A DNA stretch of 64,000 bases from Thermoanaerobaculia bacterium (GTDB lineage: Bacteria; Acidobacteriota; Thermoanaerobaculia; Multivoradales; Multivoraceae), in the NCBI GenBank assembly GCA_963664405.1, contig OY761158.1, forward strand, positions 1,760,001 through 1,824,000. Reading direction: 5' to 3'. Made by a program: the position numbers and the translations under genes. The notes beneath the pieces are model-generated. The model was not told the origin of the DNA. It worked only from the letters and a program-made list of their open reading frames with translations, and did no database searches. Positions 10,537 to 20,855 of this stretch are shown here, in pieces (position 1 is the first letter of the stretch; every line of letters begins with the position of its first letter).

Positions 10537-11045
10537 AGCCGGAAGCCCAAGCCGGCTTCTCGCTCATCGAGGTCCTTCTGGGATCGGTACTCTTTCTCGC
10601 GATAGCGCTCGGAACGGTGCCGATGTTCGCGCGCTCGATGGTCTCGAACGCGACAGGGAACGACGCGACCAAGGTCGCAAACTTCGCCAGGACCCGGGTC
10701 GAGACCCTGGTGCAGATGCCCTTCAACAGTCTCGATCTGACCATCGATAGCGGCACCGAGAGAGTTGTCGAGGAGTACTACTCGGCGGCCGAAGAAACCT
10801 GGCTCCCCTACCCGATACCGCTCGATGGGTCGGGCGAGGCGATGTGGACGCTACGCTCCACAGTCCGGCAATATCCCACCGCCGCCCTCACCGACGGAGA
10901 GCTCGAGCTATCCGAGACACTTCCCGCCGGAACCGACCCGACCTTCATCCATATCAAGGAGATCGAGGTACGGGTGGATCAGCTCGGCGGTCTTCTAGGG
11001 TCTCCTCTTCAGCAGATCGTGCTGCGAAGACTGAAGTCTCATTAG
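10527..11045 (+). CDS. PilV-like minor pilin
   Basis: G|FSLIE prepilin motif; second position in the fimT-pilV-pilW-pilX-pilY1 order. Confidence 0.8.
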   Translation: MAVKPEAQAGFSLIEVLLGSVLFLAIALGTVPMFARSMVSNATGNDATKVANFARTRVETLVQMPFNSLDLTIDSGTERVVEEYYSAAEETWLPYPIPLDGSGEAMWTLRSTVRQYPTAALTDGELELSETLPAGTDPTFIHIKEIEVRVDQLGGLLGSPLQQIVLRRLKSH

Positions 11046-11060
11046 ACGGAGGAGAAAGGG

Positions 11061-12365
11061 ATGATCACTCACCCCCGTTCAGTGCCCTCGGCTCGATGCA
11101 CGGAGCCCCACACCTCAAGTAGCGAAGAGGGGTTCTCTCTGATCGAGACCCTGGTCACCATGCTCCTTCTAGTCGGTGTGGTGGCCGGTGCCCTGGATCT
11201 CTTCGATGGGAGCAACAAGCTAGCCCGCACCGGCACCCACGTCGCGGGCATGCAGCAGGCTCTGCGCTCAGGCCAGTACGAGCTAATACGGATGGTCCGA
11301 ATGGCAGGTAGGGGCGGGATCCAGCAGGGGCCCCTTCCGGAGGGCCTCGCCGTCGCGATCCGTAACAACACACCGACCTCCGGCGACGAGCGCTACATCT
11401 CGGTTGGCGACAGCGACTCACCCCAGGTTCTTGCCGGCACGGATGTGCTCACCGTACGAGGAGCGATCGCTTCGTCGATCTATCAGATCAATCCCCTCGG
11501 TGGCGGCCTCATTCTCGATGCTCCGCAAACACCCACTTCCGGAAGCATCAGGGTACGCAACCCGCATCCGACTACGGGAGTACCACAGGATCTAACATTG
11601 CTGATCGAAGCGGTTGAGAACGAGACTCACGCGGCGCTGCTCCTGGTCAGCCCACTCGACATCTGGACCGTGGTCGAGATCGACAGAACGGCCTCGGACG
11701 TGACCAGTGACCCGGCCGACATCCAGATCGGCTTCAAAATCGGCGCAGTCACGGGCACGACAATTGTCGATTACTTCACCCAGCTCTCCGGCGGGTTCCC
11801 CATCGGGCTGAGGAGCGCCGCACATATCGCGCTGCTCGAGGAGTACCGCTACTACGTTCGCGAAGAGTACGCAGTCGAGGGCGACGACGAGAGTGCGCTT
11901 GTACCCAAGCTCGTCAAGGCTCGCTACTACCCGAATACAGAAGTCCCCCATCCGTCGGATCCGGCGCTGGGAGCCGAAGTCTCCGACAATGTCGTGGATC
12001 TTCAAGTGGCCCTGGGTATCGACCTCGACGGCAATGGATCGATCATCGACGGTGCAGTCGAGCCGACGGTGACCCTGAGAGACGACGAGTGGCTATTCAA
12101 CTCTCAGGACGACGTGAACGAAGACGGCGACCCGATCGACCCCGAGCGCTGGAACCCGATCGGATCTGCACCGGATCTCTATTACCTGCGCATCAACACT
12201 CTCGCCCGCACGGACCGGCCGGACCGCGGCTATCTGGCCCCGATCCTGACCGAGGTCGAAGACAACGACTACAGCTCCGGCGAGCACGACCGCTTCAACG
12301 ATACCGACGAACGACGGTATCGCCGACGCCTTCTCAGCACCGTCGTCGACATGAGAAATCTATGA
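11061..12365 (+). CDS. PilW-like minor pilin
   Basis: G|FSLIE motif, 'VRMAGRG', 'LQVALGIDLDGNG'. Confidence 0.82.
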   Translation: MITHPRSVPSARCTEPHTSSSEEGFSLIETLVTMLLLVGVVAGALDLFDGSNKLARTGTHVAGMQQALRSGQYELIRMVRMAGRGGIQQGPLPEGLAVAIRNNTPTSGDERYISVGDSDSPQVLAGTDVLTVRGAIASSIYQINPLGGGLILDAPQTPTSGSIRVRNPHPTTGVPQDLTLLIEAVENETHAALLLVSPLDIWTVVEIDRTASDVTSDPADIQIGFKIGAVTGTTIVDYFTQLSGGFPIGLRSAAHIALLEEYRYYVREEYAVEGDDESALVPKLVKARYYPNTEVPHPSDPALGAEVSDNVVDLQVALGIDLDGNGSIIDGAVEPTVTLRDDEWLFNSQDDVNEDGDPIDPERWNPIGSAPDLYYLRINTLARTDRPDRGYLAPILTEVEDNDYSSGEHDRFNDTDERRYRRRLLSTVVDMRNL

Positions 12366-12925
12366 GGAGCCAGAGAATGAGCCAGACCGGCTCCTCCAGC
12401 GAGGAAGGCAGCGCGCTGCTGATCGCTCTCTTCGGCATCGTGGTCCTCACCATCCTCGGTCTCTTTCTGTCGGTGATCACTCAGACCGAGATGCGCCTGG
12501 GAATGAACGAGCGCACCCTGCAGCGCGTCTTTTATGCCGCGGACTCGGGCTTCGGAGCCTCGGTCTCGCGCGCCCTGGTCGAGGCGGACTACACCTCGAA
12601 GACCTTCGCCCTCGCCGACCCTGGGTCCAAGCCCGGGCTGGAGTTTCGTCACCAGATCGATGTCTCCCCTTTTCTACCGATACTCAACGCTCCCTGCAAT
12701 CTGTGCGAGATCAATAACTCCGGCACTTACGGCACCAAGCAGTACCTCAAAGTCAGTCACGCCGTAGCCGCCGAGGCCGGCCGCCACGGTGGCGGCATCG
12801 GCAGTCCTGGGATAACAGCCTTGAAGACTCTGAGCTCGATGATCGACATCCAGCCCACCGAGTCGACACCAGAAGCCTTCCTTGCCCTCGAAGACCCGGA
12901 ACAGCTGGCGAAGATCAGATTCTGA
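12362..12925 (+). CDS. PilX-like minor pilin
   Basis: G|SALLI (no Glu5, typical of PilX), 'FYAADSG'; ATGA overlap with pilW. Confidence 0.82.
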   Translation: MRSQRMSQTGSSSEEGSALLIALFGIVVLTILGLFLSVITQTEMRLGMNERTLQRVFYAADSGFGASVSRALVEADYTSKTFALADPGSKPGLEFRHQIDVSPFLPILNAPCNLCEINNSGTYGTKQYLKVSHAVAAEAGRHGGGIGSPGITALKTLSSMIDIQPTESTPEAFLALEDPEQLAKIRF

Positions 12926-12956
12926 GATCGACCGACCCACCCCACAGGAGTAGCTC

Positions 12957-15900
12957 ATGAATTGGGTCCCCCGCTCCCTACCACGGCGCACGGCTACGAG
13001 CTGCGGCCTCTTGGTTCTCACGATTCTTCTGCTGCCTATGGCAGCCGATGGCGACGACCGTGACCTACTGCGCTTCAAGACGGCCAAGCCCTACCTCTTC
13101 CTGTTACTCGACACCTCGAGCTCGATGAATCTCAAGTTCGGCCCCCACGCCGTCGCCGATGGGCATGGTGACGATCCGAGCTCTCGTCTCTACGGTGCGA
13201 AGGAGGCCCTCTTCACGGTGTTCGAGAATGTCGAGGACGTCAACTTCGGCTTCGCCGCGATGAACCAAGACGGGCTGAGAGTTCACGACACGCACTGGCT
13301 CTACTATCTAGACGCTGTGCCGCCCAATTGGCCCTTCCAAGGCAGCGCAAAACTGGTCTGGCCGATCCCCGATCCCGATGGGCTCACCACCGATCTCATC
13401 ACCGAGGACACCGACAACGACGAGATCCCTGATTCAGGAGACGGCATTCCGGACGGAGACACCGAAGGAGACGTGCTCGTCTTCGGTCAGAAGTTCATCG
13501 ATGTCAGTGGCAATCCCGTGCCGGGGGGGACCTGTCAGGTGCCGATTGCCATCGACGAGGACGATGGTCGAGCGAAAGTCAACGCCTTCGCGAGGCTCGG
13601 CTTGCTCGGCGACGAGGAGACCGTGACCTGGTTCCGCTATGGCAAGGGTGGAAACCGAAAGGTCTACCGGGTCGCCTTCGACCGGCCGGAGCTCATCCCC
13701 GACACCGCGCTTGGGAACAACTCGATCGGCGCCGACAACCTCTACGTCACCTGGAAGTTATCGGGGCCGGTGTCGAATTGTTCGAGCGTGCCGGCGCCAA
13801 CCCAGTTCGACTTCCTCATGCGCCAAGATCCCAATCTCAACCGCTTCGTCATGGTCGACCGCGGCGTACCGGCAGTCGGCGGCGACAACCCGACCGAAGA
13901 CACCGCAGCGCTGTGGCCCTGGGAGGACGCAACCATCGACAATGACTGCTCGTCGTCCCACCCCTTCAGCGGCAAGGGCTGGGAAGGGAACTACGACGCG
14001 GACGTCGCTCAACTCATCAGCGAAGGGCTCCAGGCGCCGGCTCCACCCAACGTACTCGAGAGCGCTGATGTCTACTGCCTCGACCAAAACAACCCGGCCA
14101 CCTGTGTCGCTCTGAAGCCGATGGTAGGTACGACCCTCAGTCCACTGGGTCGCCCACTCGACTACGGCGACATGATCCCATTCAACTGGCAGGACGGGGG
14201 CGCCAATCGAGACCTGATGCTGCAGCGCCTAGCTCCGAACTGGCCGCTGGAATCGCTCCCCAACTTCGGCGTTACCTACCACCTGAGCACCGCGCTCAAT
14301 ATGAGTGCGGAGGTTCTCGAGCCGCGCCTCCCCGGTCGCGAGCCGATCTTGGCACAAGGCAACACCGCTCTCGCCAAAGCCATGAACGACTTTCGATGCT
14401 GGTACATGGGCGGCAAGGGGCGCCACGCGGACAGCAAATGCGGCGACTCCGCCTACTTCGAGAGCGACGGTTGGTCGGCGCTGGCTTGCGGACGCGACCC
14501 CGACTACGGCTGCCGCCGTCCCTACCTGATCGTTATCAGTGACGGAAATGACGTCTGTAAAGGCGAGGACGCGACAGCCGACGTTTCCGACATGAAGTCC
14601 TTCTCCGGGGTCAGCACCTGGGCACTCAATCTCGGCGACCCCAAAGGCTGCCAATCGGGCGGAGGGCTGCACTCGATCGTGCAATCTTCGGGTGGCACCT
14701 GCATCAACGTCGCCGACAAGGACGACCTCAAACAAACCCTCGAAGAAGTGCTGGGTCAGATCCGCGAAGAGACCAGAGCTTTCGCCACCGCTGCGGTACC
14801 GACGGTTCAAACCACCTCCGACCAGGCGATCTACGTCAGCTCCTTCACCCCTCTGAATGAGAAATCGGTTTGGGACGGCCACATGAACGCCTTCCTCAAG
14901 CCCCTGCCGCTGACCGACCAGGGGACACCGAACACCGCCGAGTCATGCAACACCGGCCTCCAGTCCGGATGTCATCTCTGGGACGCCGGCGAGGCACTGA
15001 AGACGCAATACAACGCCGCCGCGCCCCTTGGTAACTCCATCGGCCAAAGGCGAATCAACTACCCTCTCTTTCAAAGCGGGGGTGCGGTGCCTCGTCAGAT
15101 GCGTCCCTTCGAGATGATCGACTGCAGCGACCCTGATCCCGACGACGACTGCGTCGACCTCCTCTTCGGACTCAACATACCCTTCGACGAGATCGACCCG
15201 GTCGACATGGCCAACGCCGAGATGCGCGCGAACGCGGTGATCTCCACCACCCTGAGCCCCAGAACTCACACCCTGACCAATCTCGATGGGAGCGATGGAG
15301 ACACTATCGAATACCTCCTCGGAGATGTCTTCCATTCCAATCCACTGGTCGTGGGGAGTCCCCCAAACGTCAGCTACTGGGTGCAGGACCTCCAAGGCGA
15401 CGGGACTGATTGCACCGATGACGAAACCGGCAATCCCGGATACAGATGCTTCTTTCAACGTCACCGATTCAGGCGCAAAGTGCTGCTGGCGGGTAGTGAC
15501 GACGGCATGCTGCACGCCTTCGACTCGGGCCGCTTTCACCAGAACGGGACCGACCCTGGAACCGGGCGGGCGCTCGAAGACGAGTTCGACAACGGCACCG
15601 GGCACGAGCTCTTCGCCGTCATCCCACGAAAGACCCTGCCAACGATCAAGAAGCTCGCCGAAGGCAACGAACATCACTTCGCGGCAGACGGAACCCCGAG
15701 GGTCGCGGACGTCTTCATCGATCCCGCTCACAACGGCTCGCCGGTCGTCACCGAGCGCCGCTGGCGCACCGTGGCCATTGCCGGGCTCCGCGAAGGCGGT
15801 GCCGGCTACTATGCGGTCGATATTACTCAGCCCGACAAGATCGGCACCGCGTCCGACGGAGAGACACTGATCCCTGATGACGGCGGACCAGCAAACTGGG

Positions 15901-17486
15901 TTCCGACCTGCATCAGCTCCTACAGCGCGGCGGAGTGCGGACCCTCCCCTTACGCCGCCGCGCTGTGGGAGATCCTCGACACCACCGACGACAGCATCCC
16001 TGGGGGCATAATGCCGCCGTCGCCGATGCCGATGGACGAAGACATGAATCTGCTCTCCGACCTCGGAGATACATGGTCGACACCGAACATAGGGCGCATC
16101 CAAGTCTGCCGGATCGGCGGGACAAATTGCACTCCGAACCCAGTCGTCGCCGGTGATGATGCCGACGTAGTCGTTCGCGATGTCGCCATTTTCGGTGGCG
16201 GCATGGATCCCGACGCTGCAGACAAATCAGCAGTCGGGCGGGGCGACTGGCTCTACATGGTCGACATCGAGACCGGGAAGATCATGTACAAACGTCAGCT
16301 CTGCTCGCCCTATGTCATCGACGAGTGCGTTTCCGCCGGTGCGGCAACTGCCGAAACCGCGGCAGTCGATACAAACCAGGACGGCCTCCTGGACCGCATC
16401 TACCTCGGCACCACGGCCGGTTTCGTCTTTCGAGTCGACCTCACACCCGACAGCCTGGGTCGGCTTCCCTCCCCCATAGGCCAGCCGGCCACGGCCCTCG
16501 ACCCCGAGCTTCTCGGCGTCGGGGGTGGCATCTCGCCACTGGTCGGGGTCACGGTCAAGAGAATCCCGAGATTCGACGCGAGCGGCGAAGAGATATGGCA
16601 ACCACGCGCGATCTTCGATTCGAGCTGGGACAGCGACGGAATGGGTGGGCTGGTAGCTTCAACCGCTCCCCGCCAGATTTACCACCCGCCCTCGGTTTTC
16701 TTTGCCGCGAAGGTGGGCCTCTTCGGCCTCGCCTTCGGAACCGGCAACCGTGAAGACCTTTGGGCGGTCTCCGAGCAGCACGAACGCTTCTACGTTTTCG
16801 TCGATGACAGCGACGAGCTCCTTCCTACCGTGCTCCCCCTGAACGAAGGGGGCTTCCAGCGGATTGAGATCGCGGACGGCAACATTCCGATCGATCTTCT
16901 GACCACCAGGAGCTCTGGTGAGCGGGGGTGGTTCCTCACCCTGGAGGAGGACGAGCGCGTCATCACCGACGCCTTCGCCCTCTCGGGCGTCACCATCTTC
17001 TCCAGCTTCGTGCCCGAGACCGCGCTCTCCGACGACGACTGTGATCCCTTGCTGGATCCAGGTTGCGCCGCGGTCGAGACTCTGACCTGCGGCGACAAGA
17101 AGTTCGAGAGCGATACCGACAATCTGTGCTCCCGCGCGGGGTCCAGCAAGAACTTCGTCGTCGGCACGGCGAACGGCAATGGATTCCTCAGAACCGAAGG
17201 AGGCGAAACTCTCCGATACAAGGCCGTCTCCACCTTTGTAACCAACCCCTTCACCGAGCCTGGCCAAAACAAGAACGCCGATCCGAGCGACGGCTCCACG
17301 CCCACATCGGACTCACTCACCGACCTCGAGATTGACACCATGGACTCGTTGAAGACACTCTTCCCCGACGCCTGCCGTTTCGCCAACTACCGAGTTGACA
17401 TCAAGACCGTCGTCGCCGATACCAGAGTCGAGCGCATCGCGCCGATCCCGGTCTGTATCGTCGAAAAGAACTGGAAGGAATACTAG
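12957..17486 (+). CDS. pilY1: PilY1/PilC type IV pilus tip adhesin with vWA domain
   Basis: Signal peptide; MIDAS-like DTSSS; LGDVFHSNP, GSDDGMLHAFD, GLREGG, LGDTWSTP; Ca loop DTNQDGLLD. Confidence 0.9.
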   Translation: MNWVPRSLPRRTATSCGLLVLTILLLPMAADGDDRDLLRFKTAKPYLFLLLDTSSSMNLKFGPHAVADGHGDDPSSRLYGAKEALFTVFENVEDVNFGFAAMNQDGLRVHDTHWLYYLDAVPPNWPFQGSAKLVWPIPDPDGLTTDLITEDTDNDEIPDSGDGIPDGDTEGDVLVFGQKFIDVSGNPVPGGTCQVPIAIDEDDGRAKVNAFARLGLLGDEETVTWFRYGKGGNRKVYRVAFDRPELIPDTALGNNSIGADNLYVTWKLSGPVSNCSSVPAPTQFDFLMRQDPNLNRFVMVDRGVPAVGGDNPTEDTAALWPWEDATIDNDCSSSHPFSGKGWEGNYDADVAQLISEGLQAPAPPNVLESADVYCLDQNNPATCVALKPMVGTTLSPLGRPLDYGDMIPFNWQDGGANRDLMLQRLAPNWPLESLPNFGVTYHLSTALNMSAEVLEPRLPGREPILAQGNTALAKAMNDFRCWYMGGKGRHADSKCGDSAYFESDGWSALACGRDPDYGCRRPYLIVISDGNDVCKGEDATADVSDMKSFSGVSTWALNLGDPKGCQSGGGLHSIVQSSGGTCINVADKDDLKQTLEEVLGQIREETRAFATAAVPTVQTTSDQAIYVSSFTPLNEKSVWDGHMNAFLKPLPLTDQGTPNTAESCNTGLQSGCHLWDAGEALKTQYNAAAPLGNSIGQRRINYPLFQSGGAVPRQMRPFEMIDCSDPDPDDDCVDLLFGLNIPFDEIDPVDMANAEMRANAVISTTLSPRTHTLTNLDGSDGDTIEYLLGDVFHSNPLVVGSPPNVSYWVQDLQGDGTDCTDDETGNPGYRCFFQRHRFRRKVLLAGSDDGMLHAFDSGRFHQNGTDPGTGRALEDEFDNGTGHELFAVIPRKTLPTIKKLAEGNEHHFAADGTPRVADVFIDPAHNGSPVVTERRWRTVAIAGLREGGAGYYAVDITQPDKIGTASDGETLIPDDGGPANWVPTCISSYSAAECGPSPYAAALWEILDTTDDSIPGGIMPPSPMPMDEDMNLLSDLGDTWSTPNIGRIQVCRIGGTNCTPNPVVAGDDADVVVRDVAIFGGGMDPDAADKSAVGRGDWLYMVDIETGKIMYKRQLCSPYVIDECVSAGAATAETAAVDTNQDGLLDRIYLGTTAGFVFRVDLTPDSLGRLPSPIGQPATALDPELLGVGGGISPLVGVTVKRIPRFDASGEEIWQPRAIFDSSWDSDGMGGLVASTAPRQIYHPPSVFFAAKVGLFGLAFGTGNREDLWAVSEQHERFYVFVDDSDELLPTVLPLNEGGFQRIEIADGNIPIDLLTTRSSGERGWFLTLEEDERVITDAFALSGVTIFSSFVPETALSDDDCDPLLDPGCAAVETLTCGDKKFESDTDNLCSRAGSSKNFVVGTANGNGFLRTEGGETLRYKAVSTFVTNPFTEPGQNKNADPSDGSTPTSDSLTDLEIDTMDSLKTLFPDACRFANYRVDIKTVVADTRVERIAPIPVCIVEKNWKEY

Positions 17487-17558
17487 ACCAGCGCCGCATT
17501 CGGACCCCACGACGAACTCAGCGTATGATCGGCTTGACCTTTCAAGAGGAGCAAGCTG

Positions 17559-19238
17559 ATGGCAACCGTTTACGACGCGATCGTTGTCGGCTCCGGCGCG
17601 ACCGGCGGCTGGACCGCAAAGGTGATGACCGAAGCAGGCATGGACGTCCTCATGCTCGAAGCGGGTCGAGCCTTCGATGAGAGCCGCGACTATCGCGAGC
17701 ACACTCTTCCGCACGACCTACCCTTGCGGGGTCAGGACGACCCCCGCAACGAGCTCCTCGCACGACGACCGGTGCAGTCCTACTGCTACGCCTGCACCGA
17801 GGTCAACGCCGACTTCTTTATCGACGACATCGACAACCCCTACACCACCGCGCCTGGCAGAGACTTCAACTGGATCCGCGGCAATGTGGTTGGAGGGAGG
17901 TCGCTGATGTGGGCGAGGCAGTCGTACCGGATGAGCGACTACGACTTCAAAGCCGCGAGCCGCGACGGCTACGGCCAGGACTGGCCTCTGAGCTACGCAG
18001 ACCTCGCTCCGTACTACTCGCGCGTTGAGCGCTATATCGGTGTCTCGGGTCGAAAAGAAGGCCTCGACGTCTTACCGGACGGTGACTTTCTGCCGCCAAT
18101 GCCCTTCAGCTGCGGCGAGATGGCGCTCAAGGAAGCGATCGCCGAGAAGATGAACCGACCGCTCACCATCGGCCGGACCGCTGTTTTGACCGAGTCTCGT
18201 GACGGCCGCCTCGCTTGCCACTACTGCGGACCCTGTCACTACGGCTGCCGCACCCGCTCCTATTTCAACTCTCCCCAGACCACGCTCGTTGACTGCCAGG
18301 CGACCGGCAACTTCACCCTCGTGCCCGACGCTATGGTGAGTCACGTGATCACCTCGGGCGAGAACCGCGCCGAGGGGGTCGCCTACTTCGACAAGACCAC
18401 CGGCGCCGCACGCGAAGTCCGAGCGAAAGTCGTCGTGCTGTGTGCCTCGGCTCTCGCTTCCGCTCGAATCCTGCTGAGCTCGGCAGAGGGCGGCCTCGGC
18501 AATTCGAGCGACGTGCTCGGTCGCTATGTGATGGATCACATCTATTCAACCGGCGTCTCGGGCACGCTTCCGTCACGAGCCGGAGCTCGGGCCGAGAACG
18601 CGAACCGCCCCAACGGGGTCTACATTCCTCGCTTCCAGAACCTCGACGACCCTTCGACCAAGAAGCCGGCTTTCCTGCGCGGCTACGGCTACCAATGCGG
18701 CGAGGGCATCTCTAGCTGGGACCATGCCTACGCCGCCGCGGGCTTCGGCGCCGCCTACAAAGACGCGATTCCCAGCTCCACCGTCTCGACAATTCGGCTG
18801 AGCGGATTCGGCGAGATTCTCCCTCGGAAAGATAACCGCGTAACCCTCGACCCGAATAAGGTGGACAAGTGGGATCTGCCGGTGCTGCGCATCGAGTGCT
18901 CGCTCGGTGACAACGAGATTGCAATGGTCGACGACATCCTCGCCGAAGGGCGCGCCATGCTCGAGGCCATGGGCTGCGAAAACATCACCGAGCGCAGAGA
19001 TCCCGCGCCGATGGGCTCGGGCATCCACGAGGTCGGGGGTGCGCGAATGGGCAAAGAGCCCCAGACGTCCTATCTCAACGAGTACCAGCAGTCTCACGAC
19101 GTCTCCAACTTGTTCGTGATGGACGGTGCGGGCTATGTCACCATCGGTTGTGTCAATCCGACGTTGACAATGATGTCGCTCGCTCTTCGCTCGAGCGAAT
19201 ACCTCGTAGATCAGTTCGGTCGAGGAGCTCTGGCATGA
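17559..19238 (+). CDS. GMC family FAD oxidoreductase
   Basis: GSGATG Rossmann motif, VGGRSLMW, CHYCGPC, HEVGGARMG, NPTLT. Confidence 0.92.
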   Translation: MATVYDAIVVGSGATGGWTAKVMTEAGMDVLMLEAGRAFDESRDYREHTLPHDLPLRGQDDPRNELLARRPVQSYCYACTEVNADFFIDDIDNPYTTAPGRDFNWIRGNVVGGRSLMWARQSYRMSDYDFKAASRDGYGQDWPLSYADLAPYYSRVERYIGVSGRKEGLDVLPDGDFLPPMPFSCGEMALKEAIAEKMNRPLTIGRTAVLTESRDGRLACHYCGPCHYGCRTRSYFNSPQTTLVDCQATGNFTLVPDAMVSHVITSGENRAEGVAYFDKTTGAAREVRAKVVVLCASALASARILLSSAEGGLGNSSDVLGRYVMDHIYSTGVSGTLPSRAGARAENANRPNGVYIPRFQNLDDPSTKKPAFLRGYGYQCGEGISSWDHAYAAAGFGAAYKDAIPSSTVSTIRLSGFGEILPRKDNRVTLDPNKVDKWDLPVLRIECSLGDNEIAMVDDILAEGRAMLEAMGCENITERRDPAPMGSGIHEVGGARMGKEPQTSYLNEYQQSHDVSNLFVMDGAGYVTIGCVNPTLTMMSLALRSSEYLVDQFGRGALA

Positions 19239-19849
19239 ACAACGACGAAGACACTCCCAAGGTACAGAATCTCACCCGCCGCGGGGTGATCGCCGCCGGA
19301 GCCGCGGCCGGAGTTGCGACTCTCGCAAAGGTGCCAGGTCTTGGAGGTCCTTCCGTTGCCGGCGCCGCGGTGGCAGTGGGAGATGGTTCGACTTGGCAAC
19401 CAAAATTCCTCAGCTCCCAGCAGGTGGAGCTCATGTCTCGTATCTGCGACCTGATCCTTCCGGCAACTGAGACGCCGGGAGCCCTCGACACCGGAGCCGA
19501 TGAATACATCGACCTCTCGCTTTCCTTGGCGGATTCCGCAGACCAGCTCCGCTTCCTCGGCGGGCTCTCCTGGATGGAGGAGCGATCGGCTGAGCTCCAC
19601 GAGAAGCGCTTCGTCGAGCTCGCGCAAGATCAACAGATCGCGCTGCTGCGCGAGATCAGCGACGAGCACCCCATGCACTCCGCCGAGCTCTCAACTGGCG
19701 CAGCTTTCTTTACCGATATCAAGCGGAGGGTGCTCTTCGGTCACTTCACCTCGAAGAAAGCCCGTGTCGAGGCCCTTGGGCTCCCAGCCGAGGTCAGGCG
19801 CGAGAGCCTGCGCGGCTGTACCCATGAGGACGGCACTCACCGGCGATAA
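19235..19849 (+). CDS. Gluconate 2-dehydrogenase subunit 3-like protein (Tat)
   Basis: TRRGVI Tat motif, 'LILPATETPGA', 'GHFTS'; ATGA overlap with the GMC gene. Confidence 0.85.
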   Translation: MNNDEDTPKVQNLTRRGVIAAGAAAGVATLAKVPGLGGPSVAGAAVAVGDGSTWQPKFLSSQQVELMSRICDLILPATETPGALDTGADEYIDLSLSLADSADQLRFLGGLSWMEERSAELHEKRFVELAQDQQIALLREISDEHPMHSAELSTGAAFFTDIKRRVLFGHFTSKKARVEALGLPAEVRRESLRGCTHEDGTHRR

Positions 19850-19855
19850 GGCGAC

Positions 19856-20827
19856 ATGCCGGAACCGAAGGCACAGCGGGCAGACAACCTCAGCAACGAG
19901 CAATCCCTCGGGCATCACGATACGGTGCTCGATCCGACATCGGAAGTCGCGGAGCGAAGCCGACTAGAGTCCACGGCCCCCCGCCACTCCTGCCTGGTTC
20001 AGATCTACGGTAGCGAGCTGGGGAAATGTTACGTCTTGGCGGGCCGAGTGACCATCGGCCGCGACCCCGCAGCCTCCATCCCGCTGGATATCGCGACGGC
20101 ATCACGGGAGCACGCGCGCCTGGTCGAGCGCGAGGGGCGATGGGTAGTTCACGATCTCGGCAGCACCAACGGGACCTTCGTAAACGGAGAGCGCGTTACC
20201 GCCAAAACGGCCCTCGACAACGGCGACCTTCTCAAGACCGGTCGCGCAGTCTTCAAGTTCCTTGCCGGCGGCAACGTCGAAGCGCTCTACCACGAAGAGA
20301 TCTACCGTCTGACCATCCTCGACGGCCTGACGGCTCTGCACAATCGACGCTACTTCACCGACTTTCTCGAACGAGAGATCGCCCGCGCCGCGCGCTATCG
20401 TCGTCCACTTTCAATCGCGATCTTCGACGTAGACCACTTCAAGAACATCAACGATTCCTACGGACACCTCAGCGGGGATCATGTACTACAGGAGTTGGCT
20501 CGTCTGATCCGCAACGAAGCCCGTCGCGAAGAGCTGGCAGCGCGCTACGGAGGCGAGGAGTTCGCTCTCATCCTCCCCGAGACGACGCTCGAAGCCGCGA
20601 TCGTTGTTTGTGAACGGGTTCGGCAAGGAGTCGAAAGCGAGCAATTCGTCTTCGACGGCGAGAGTTGTAGGGTGACGGTCAGCGCCGGGGCCGCCCGACT
20701 CGACGCCGATATGGACCTCGAGAGCCTGATCAAGGCAGCGGACGCGCAGCTCTACCGCGCCAAGACGAGCGGACGCAATCGAGTTTTCCCGGAGCCTGGC
20801 GAAGAGACTCTGATGGGGATTCGGTGA
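19856..20827 (+). CDS. FHA + GGDEF diguanylate cyclase
   Basis: FHA motifs IGRD/SREHA/STNGT; DGLT, DVDHFKNINDSYGH, RYGGEEF. Confidence 0.93.
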   Translation: MPEPKAQRADNLSNEQSLGHHDTVLDPTSEVAERSRLESTAPRHSCLVQIYGSELGKCYVLAGRVTIGRDPAASIPLDIATASREHARLVEREGRWVVHDLGSTNGTFVNGERVTAKTALDNGDLLKTGRAVFKFLAGGNVEALYHEEIYRLTILDGLTALHNRRYFTDFLEREIARAARYRRPLSIAIFDVDHFKNINDSYGHLSGDHVLQELARLIRNEARREELAARYGGEEFALILPETTLEAAIVVCERVRQGVESEQFVFDGESCRVTVSAGAARLDADMDLESLIKAADAQLYRAKTSGRNRVFPEPGEETLMGIR

Positions 20828-20855
20828 TGTCGATCGAGGCGGCCTCGAGACTTCG

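Noticed and set aside
17483-17493. CTAGACCAGCG at the pilY1 stop, identical to the start of type-D MITEs
   Set aside because: Only 11 bp, with no core and no second arm; could be a scar but cannot be distinguished from chance.
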